Source: Macrostomum lignano
Taxonomy: Eukaryota
Direction of reading: 5' to 3'
Assembly: GCA_002269645.1 (NCBI GenBank)
Contig: NIVC01003108.1
Span: 61,685-118,954, forward strand
DNA length: 57,270 nucleotides
How positions within the stretch are numbered: position 1 is the stretch's first letter; the number at the start of each line of letters is the position of its first letter. Shown in pieces: positions 50,239 to 57,270 of this stretch. Below the pieces are notes generated by a model. The model did no database searches. It saw only the letters and a program-made list of their open reading frames with translations, and was not told where the DNA came from. The translations under genes and the position numbers were made by a program.

Positions 50239-50477
50239 ACGATACAAAATAGCCAGCAAACCGTTCTCACCATTGCAAACAATTTAACCCTTTATCAGTG
50301 TGAAATGACTTGTTTTCCCTTCATTTTCGCTCGTCTTCACTTCGCTCAACTCGCTTCGCTCATCCTCGCTTCATTTCGGTCAAACAAGTCATTTCACACT
50401 TACAACGATTAATTCTCTTTGAATGGTGAGAACACGCTCTCGTCGAACGCTTTGGTTTGCTGGCTATTTTGTATCGT
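50239..50477. other. Nested fold-back at the element terminus
   Basis: Perfect inverted arms 50239-50262/50454-50477 (24 bp), 50263-50274/50422-50433 (12 bp) and 50297-50315/50382-50400 (19 bp). Confidence 0.93.
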
Positions 50478-50610
50478 CAACGCTTCCAACTCTCCCCAAT
50501 ACACACAAACTCTCTATAACCCGTCGCACGCGCCGCAGGCGCGAAGGGTCTGGAAGTTTTGGTAGAGAAAGAATAGAAGCTATTTATAGTCAGCTCACCC
50601 ACCCACTCAA

Positions 50611-50675
50611 CATTCCATTTAGACCAGATTTTTCGTTTTGGTTTTCGTTTTCAAAAATCTGGTCTAAATGGAATG
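50611..50675. other. 23-bp perfect inverted repeat with 19-nt loop
   Basis: CATTCCATTTAGACCAGATTTTT / AAAAATCTGGTCTAAATGGAATG. Confidence 0.95.
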
Positions 50676-50714
50676 CAGACAATCTTTTTTCTGTTACTAA
50701 AAATAGAACAAAAA

Positions 50715-51113
50715 ATGACACACGTTACTAATATGCAAAATCTGAATGAATTGCAGGTAGGAGATCCAGTTGAATACCGAGGTGAGGGTCTTTTTGATGT
50801 GGTTGGAACAGCAGCAAATTTTGTTAAAGACAATATGGGTCTTTTAGGGCAAGCAGGCTCCGCAGCAGGTTCTATAACAAATGCTGTAAAAGGAGGAATT
50901 GAAGCAGCTAGAGCAGCAGAAGAACTAAAGAAATTGAGAGAATTTAACGACACCCTCTCACAAATAAATGCAATAAAAGATTTAAAGCTGGCACAAGCCG
51001 CACAACCAACAGAAACCCCTACGAAAAGCACTCCAATAAGTAATAAAGATATTCAGGATTTTAATAAAATGCTAACCACCATTAAAGGCGGAAAAGGATT
51101 AAAAAAATTTTAA
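50715..51113 (+). CDS. Polinton small ORF with Gly/Ala-rich amphipathic segment (putative virion core or membrane-active protein)
   Basis: AAAAATG start context; RGEGLFDVVGTAANFVKDNMGLLGQAGSAAGSITNAVKGG; function inferred only. Confidence 0.65.
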   Translation: MTHVTNMQNLNELQVGDPVEYRGEGLFDVVGTAANFVKDNMGLLGQAGSAAGSITNAVKGGIEAARAAEELKKLREFNDTLSQINAIKDLKLAQAAQPTETPTKSTPISNKDIQDFNKMLTTIKGGKGLKKF

Positions 51114-51123
51114 CAATATAAAA

Positions 51124-52098
51124 ATGGACACGGATAATGAACGGCTACATTTTATAGGAGAAATTGTAGATACTTTAAATCTAGATGATAATAAACATAG
51201 CCACACAATGTTAAAAAGATTGGATCGTTTAGGTAAAAAACTTGACTACGACATCGATACATTTAAACTTGCTGCAAAATATGCACAAGAAGGAAGGCCA
51301 ATATCCTTTAAGAATCGTGGTAGAAATTATAGGCTGACAGAGTCCGATGTAAAATTTTTATTGGAGACTCACACTAAAAAGGACGGTGGTTTACTACCTA
51401 TTTTACCAATTCTTTTAGGCCTCGGAGCAGCCGGAGCAGCCGGTTTAGCAGGCAAAAGAATTCATGATAACCGAAAACAGTTAGCAGAATTAAAGGCAAA
51501 ACAGGGAGGCATATTACCACTTGCAACTTTGTTACCAATAATTTTTGCAGGAATAGGAGCAGCTGGAGGAGTTGCTGGTGGAGCAGCTGGAATTGCAAAA
51601 GCAGTAAATGACAAAAAAGCTGCGGATGAAAAAGCTAAAAGAGAGGCCGAATTTCAAAGACAGCAAATAACGCAGGATGCTCAATTCAAACAGAAACTTA
51701 TTGACACCATTAATAGTAGTTCAGCAACAGCAGAGCAAAAAAGAAATGCAGAAGCTAGGTTAGCAGCCGGAAAAGGTTTACTGTTAAATGGCAGCGGCTT
51801 GGTACTAAAAGGAACAACCCAAGGAAGTGGAGTTGTAGCAGATAAACTACAGGAATTTGGTCAAACTTTAGAAAAAACGGGTGAGAAAGCTAAAGGGTTT
51901 TTTGATAATATTGGAGCTAATTTTAGGCCGGCAGTTCAGAAGATTTTTACTAAGTTAGGAAAAGATTTTAACATAATTGAAAAACACGACGGAAGCGGAT
52001 TATATCTCGAAATGAGACCAAAAGCAGGTTCAGGAATTTTCTTAAATTCAAACGTTATGGGCAATGGACTACTGTTACCAAAAGCAGATCTCGAATAG
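51124..52098 (+). CDS. Adenovirus pX/mu-like core protein precursor, 324 aa
   Basis: Two GG-[LI]LP hydrophobic blocks (DGGLLPILPILLGLGAAG; QGGILPLATLLPIIFAGIGAAGGVAGGAAGIAKAV) resembling the adenoviral pX C-terminus GGILPLLIPLIAAAIGA. Confidence 0.65.
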   Translation: MDTDNERLHFIGEIVDTLNLDDNKHSHTMLKRLDRLGKKLDYDIDTFKLAAKYAQEGRPISFKNRGRNYRLTESDVKFLLETHTKKDGGLLPILPILLGLGAAGAAGLAGKRIHDNRKQLAELKAKQGGILPLATLLPIIFAGIGAAGGVAGGAAGIAKAVNDKKAADEKAKREAEFQRQQITQDAQFKQKLIDTINSSSATAEQKRNAEARLAAGKGLLLNGSGLVLKGTTQGSGVVADKLQEFGQTLEKTGEKAKGFFDNIGANFRPAVQKIFTKLGKDFNIIEKHDGSGLYLEMRPKAGSGIFLNSNVMGNGLLLPKADLE

Positions 52099-52182
52099 GC
52101 TCCTGGGAGGTGGGTCAGGACGCTAAAAACATAAAATTAAAAAACCAATAATTCAAACATTATATAAATTATATTCTATAAA

Positions 52183-55100
52183 ATGGAACAAAGATTGACC
52201 CCAGATCAGATTCGACAACTTCTTGCAAATGAGCGCCAACAGTTCAATCTATTACAAAGACAGATTGAACAAATTGAACGGCGCCAAAGACAGCAACTTC
52301 GGCGAAGAGCAAGAGAAAGACAGAGAGAAAGGCAGAGAGAAAGAGAAATACAAGAACAACAAATAAACGAATTAGCAAATAGTATAAGGGCAGAAGAAGC
52401 TTTTAAGCGTTTAGTAGAAAAGGTTGAATATGAAAAAAGAATAGCAGAATTAGAAAAAAACCAAAAGAAACAAACACGTCGGAAAACTAAGAATAAATCG
52501 GATGAAAAACCATTAGAAGAGTTTATTAGGGTTTATCGATTTGAACCAATGCAGAAGGTGCTAGATTTTATTGAAACCCAACTTTCAAACGGATATAGTG
52601 TTGAAATTACTAATGCTAGTGTACAATATTTTTATAACGATAGCGGCGATGATCGCGAAGAGATTAATCAATACTTAGCAACATTTTATAATATAAAACA
52701 GTTTCAAGCTTGGATTAAGCATTTGGTAGAAAACTATAACATGAATTTAAGTATGTTTTCTGGAAGACTTAAAATGACACCAAATGAAATTACAATTAAA
52801 CACGAAAGGTCAAAGCAGGGTATGGGAACAAATGTCATGTGTGAAATTGCAGAGTATAAAGATGAGTACTGTTACATACCTAGTGATGGAAATTGTTTCT
52901 ATAAGTGCGTTAAATTTATATATGGTGATAAAGCCCCACGCAAAGACGAATATGGTGCTTGGTTGTACGACTCAAGAACCCAAAGAGGTTTAATGACAAA
53001 TTCAAGAATTGGAAGATTCAATGAATATTTTAATCTTAATATAGGGCTGTACAACACCAAAAATCGCGGCATTGAACCAAAGTCTCAAAGAGGGATTCAC
53101 CACGATTGGTTATTAATAAATTATTTCCACACACCCGATTACCACATTGGGCATTATTGTCTTATATCAAATAAACAACGAGGAATCGCCCTCGAACGGA
53201 TAAAAGACAATTATAAAGTAGTGTTTAAAAACCCAACACCCGAAAATGTTAAGGAGTTAAAAATATTCAACACACCCACAAATCCCAATAAATCAAATGT
53301 ATATATATTTGATTTTGAAACATATTTAAATTATAATCAACAAGCATGCCCGTATGCGGTTGGTCTTTTAAATTATAATGACTTTTCTAATAATTGTAAC
53401 GAAACCCCAGAGGAAATAAAGAAACTAACTAAGATCTTGATATCAGATCGCGGTTGTGATTTTCAAACAGACGGAGCTAAACCGACTGCGTTAGAAAAAT
53501 GTTTAAATACCTTGGTACAGTTAGGTCAAAAAAGATTGTTTTGATCGCACACAACTCATCCCGCTTTGATTCATACATACCACTATTTTGTAATATAAAA
53601 CCAATTAAAATTCTCAAAACCCCAAGAGGAATATTATCAATCACTTTTGTAAACGATTACGCGTCAAAAGAGGTTAGTGCGTTTATAAATAAAGATAAGA
53701 AGAAGAATCACAAGGATTCGAAACAAACCATTACGATGCTTTGTTCATATCAACACGCTTCAATGAGTTTAAAAAAGTTTTGCTCATCAATGACAATTAG
53801 AGAGGATTTGCGAAAAACCTCAATGGTTCATGACATTACCGAGCACGATTATCTAGAACGCATAGACGAATGGTATGAATATTTACAATTTGATCTTATT
53901 TCTTTATGTGCCTGTATTCATAAATATAACGAAATAGCATATGAAATTGGAGGAATGACAATGTTTGATACCTTACGTGTTCAAGTTTAACATTAAAATG
54001 TTGGTTTAAAGATTTTGTTAGAGTTGAAGACAAAATGAAACAATATCTAAAGACAGAAGAAAAAACTAATTACATTAAAAAAGTTGAAGAAATAATATCT
54101 CCGTTGAAAATAGAAGATTATTTTGACTTAAGCAATCTTGAAAAAGCGAAATACCAAACACTATTAAGAAAAGAATTTTCAGTTCACTCTCATACCAATC
54201 CTTATATAAGAAGGTTTATGCGGGACGCAGTCAAAGGAGGTAGAGTATTTGCACTAATAAATAAATACGAAAGTGATTGTTTTCAAACAATAGTAGACGT
54301 TGTAAAAGACCATTTAAAAACACCAACAAGCGACCCATGCGAGGTTATATCATCTTATCTCAAAAGCGATATGGAAGAAAAAAAGAAAAGCAATTAAACT
54401 AAAAATCAATATCAATTGGGTACCGTATCAGATTGTTTAATGAATTTTGATGGGGTCTCATTGTACCCATCCGCCATGTCTGATAAGGATAGCGAATATC
54501 CAAGAGCAGAAACAGCCAGGGTGTTTGATATAAGCGAGGAAAAAGATTTCTTATCACAATTTAATTCACAAACCTTTCGACCAAAAACAGCGGTTTTAAA
54601 GATTATGTATGAGAATCCTAACACCGTTTTTCTTCAACATCTCCCATCGAAAGATAAAGAGAAATTTTATAATCCGGAAACAAAAGCAAACGAAACAAAA
54701 ACATTAAATAGGTTTAAAACGGAAAGGTAATTGACACCTTATGTTCCGTAGATATACAAGAAATTGTAAGAATGGGTGGAAAAATATTAAAGATATATAG
54801 TGGAATTGTATATGAAAAAAATTACGATTTCTCTCCGTTTCAGAATTATATTACAAGCCTTTTTGAAAGGAGAAAAGTATTTAAAAAAGAAAATAACGAG
54901 GCAGGTTCTGAATTGGTAAAAACACTATTAAATTCATTATATGGCAAAACAGTTCAAAGAGACATTACTTTCACAACACATCTCTGGAATTTGCAAACAT
55001 TAAAAACAGAATACTATGACACAATCAAATCATATGAGAAAATATGTGACGATTTATATTATGTTGAAAAAAATAAAGACACGCAAGAATATGTAGATGA

Positions 55101-55779
55101 GGAAGAGGATTGTCCTATAACAAGCCTTTGTCCAGCACAATTAGGAATATTTATCTTAGCTCATTCAAGAAGGATCATGAATAATTTTATCACCTCTATA
55201 GACGGCTCAAAGACTCCAGAAATTTATTACGGCGATACAGATTCGTTATATATACATAAAAAATTGGGACACATTAAATAAAAACGGGCATGTTGGAAAT
55301 AATTTAAGTCAAGGAAAAAATGATTATGGAGAGGGTGGAATTATATTCGGTTATTTTATCGCTCCTAAAATTAAATATTGTCTTTTATTGAAAGACGATT
55401 TTATTATGGAAGAGAAAAAAACATTTAAAGGATGTGCAAATGATAAGATTAATTTTGCATCGTTTAAAACGTTATATGATGGGCAGTCAATAAAAGTAAA
55501 TAATAATGCCCCATGGAAACGATCGTTTGAAGGAGGCATAATAATCCCCAAAGTGGATCAACAATATCAAAAACATATACCTCTACGATAAACACATTTA
55601 AAAGAGAAAAACCGGATAAAAACGGAGTTATGAAACCATTCTTTAAAAACTATTTTGATGACAAACCACAACACGAAAATTCAATTGCATATTATAACAG
55701 TTTACTATTTGATGTTGATTATAATTGTTTTGAGTTTGATATTGATGAATTAGCACTTGAAAAAAACCAAAGCATGTAA
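52183..55779 (+). CDS. polB: Protein-primed family B DNA polymerase with N-terminal extension and OTU-like protease; split by ~6 single-base frameshifts
   Basis: ExoI YIFDFETY, ExoII IAHNSSRFDSY, ExoIII YLQFD, AVKGGRV, motif A FDGVSLYPSAM, motif B KTLLNSLYGKTVQ, motif C YYGDTDSLYI, FIAPKIKY. Confidence 0.95.
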
Positions 55780-56094
55780 TTGTTTGACCATATCATTAAC
55801 TTCAATTTCATATATTATTGAAGGCCAATTGTCCTCGCAGTCGGCAGGGTAACTTAAACATTCCTTTATTTTTTTCCTAAGTTTTTTTATTCGTCTAACC
55901 AATCTATCTATTTCAATTTCAATTACTGTTTCAGCATAATCAATTGCTTTTTGTATAAAACGCTTTCTTTTATCCAAGTCGTATCGGATAGGAAACATAT
56001 CGTCCCCATAATCACTATAAAACATAGTATTTATTTTTTTATTAATATAATTAAGTTCACGCTCTTTAGTGATAAGGATAATTTGTATCTCCAT
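55750..56094 (-). CDS. Polinton hypothetical protein (likely start at 56094)
   Basis: ORF with TATAAGAAAATG start context; overlaps the polB end convergently. Confidence 0.55.
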   Translation of the reverse strand: MEIQIILITKERELNYINKKINTMFYSDYGDDMFPIRYDLDKRKRFIQKAIDYAETVIEIEIDRLVRRIKKLRKKIKECLSYPADCEDNWPSIIYEIEVNDMVKQLHALVFFKC

Positions 56095-56183
56095 TTTCTT
56101 ATAAAAAAATTTAGTCATCTTCGTCAGTCTCCCAAACGGAAGCTAATTTTACAGTCCTGTCACTCTTTTTATTTTTGTTTGTT

Positions 56184-56441
56184 TTATTTTAAATTGCAAC
56201 CCACCCTCGTGCTGTATTTTATAATGAACGCTTTAGGTTTATTAATAACTAAAACTGGAAAATTTTTAACATCATTCCCACTTAGACATAGAACTGTATG
56301 TGAATCCAATTGTAAAAATATCGATTGAAGTCCAATAAATTTAACCTGTCTCAAACATATAATATTATATTCTTTATTCTCCAACATATTGGGGGTGACA
56401 TAATTAATCACATTAGAATCGGTTTTCAACCAACTTTCCAT
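56184..56441 (-). CDS. Polinton hypothetical protein (likely start at 56441)
   Basis: ORF with TTAAAAATG start context. Confidence 0.45.
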   Translation of the reverse strand: MESWLKTDSNVINYVTPNMLENKEYNIICLRQVKFIGLQSIFLQLDSHTVLCLSGNDVKNFPVLVINKPKAFIIKYSTRVGCNLK

Positions 56442-56466
56442 TTTTAATCTAAAAAAATAACAAAAA

Positions 56467-56928
56467 ATGAAAGACATTTACGAATGTAAAAAATGTAACG
56501 TGACTATGCATAGAGCTCAAACAGCAAGCGGAGATATATATCATATGTGCTATTCATGTTCTAAAATATATCAATTTGAAAAAACAAAAAAGATTGAAAA
56601 TTCATATTACTATTTTAAAAACACAATATTAAGAAATCTTACAAGAGACATTTCTCATCCAATTTTAATTCCCGGAAATAATGTTTATTTATATAACAAC
56701 TTTTTCAATTTAAATAAAGGAAAGGGATTAAGTTCGAAAGACTCCGAAAGGATTTTAATTTTAGTTGGATATTATTTTAATTTTCTTATTCGAGAGAATA
56801 CAAAGTTTATAAGGATAGGTAACATACCTAACGAAATGTTACTGAAAAGTCATTGGAATTTTTATGTATTGATAAAAAATTTAAACCTAGAATTACAAGA
56901 GAATTACCACTTTGGGAAGAATATATAA
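56467..56928 (+). CDS. Polinton hypothetical protein with N-terminal CxxC..CxxC zinc-ribbon-like motif
   Basis: YECKKC...CYSCSK; AAAAAATG start. Confidence 0.6.
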   Translation: MKDIYECKKCNVTMHRAQTASGDIYHMCYSCSKIYQFEKTKKIENSYYYFKNTILRNLTRDISHPILIPGNNVYLYNNFFNLNKGKGLSSKDSERILILVGYYFNFLIRENTKFIRIGNIPNEMLLKSHWNFYVLIKNLNLELQENYHFGKNI

Positions 56929-56962
56929 CGTATGCGTTAGAAAAATTAAACAACTTGAAGTT

Positions 56963-57166
56963 CTACAGCAGCGCTACCTGATCGGGGGCTTTGTACCCCA
57001 TAGCCATAGTTTCTGGTTTGTATTCAATAGTTTCTATCGGCGGAGCTTTGGGTTTATCGAGTCTCAACTCTTTTAACTCCATATCGGTAAAAGTTTCAAC
57101 ATCTAAAATTCTATTTCGATCTTTTAAATATTTTTTCATATAATTCAACCGCCGTTGATAACTCAT
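56963..57166 (-). CDS. Polinton small hypothetical protein
   Basis: 67-aa ORF, charged and Pro-rich. Confidence 0.4.
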   Translation of the reverse strand: MSYQRRLNYMKKYLKDRNRILDVETFTDMELKELRLDKPKAPPIETIEYKPETMAMGYKAPDQVALL

Positions 57167-57270
57167 GAATTGTTATCTCTCCATCATCCAATATTTTTGC
57201 ACATATAAATACAACTGATTTTTATATTGTTTGCAATATCTCTTAATGATTTATATTTATCCTTTCGTTT

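Larger units (their letters stand above)
50229..57270 (+). mobile_element. Polinton/Maverick (adintovirus-like) element, left part; runs off the window
   Basis: Starts with AGTAGT exactly at the exon break; abrupt shift to AT-rich, intronless, densely packed ORFs; protein-primed PolB and a pX-like ORF. Integrase, ATPase and capsid genes are not seen in the window. Confidence 0.88.

Noticed and set aside
53490-55580. Programmed ribosomal frameshifting in polB
   Set aside because: Too many shifts, spread through catalytic domains; errors or decay are simpler explanations

Overview
This is eukaryotic animal genomic DNA with spliced, GC-rich exons and introns filled with minisatellites. The style is compatible with a Macrostomum-like flatworm, but that is inference only. 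From left to right the window holds: (1) a frameshifted maelstrom (HMG box + MAEL) gene; (2) a ~9-10 kb tandem segmental duplication (6873-16009 / 16010-26160) covering the 3' halves of two convergent genes, an unknown low-complexity protein on + and a dihydropyrimidinase/CRMP gene on - (complete copy 22834-29040); (3) a fibrinogen-domain gene; (4) three tandem, divergent nicotinic-type Cys-loop receptor genes lacking canonical ACh-binding residues; (5) from 50229 to the window end, an AT-rich Polinton/Maverick (adintovirus-like) element inserted mid-exon into the third receptor gene. The element starts with AGTAGT and has a strongly fold-back left end, an adenovirus pX-like ORF and a protein-primed DNA polymerase B with an N-terminal OTU-like protease. 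A 100-bp TTAA-flanked piggyBac-type MITE, tRNA-derived SINE copies, a LINE 3' fragment and about ten distinct tandem-repeat families are also present. There is no CRISPR array or rRNA. All alignments and family calls were made by eye.
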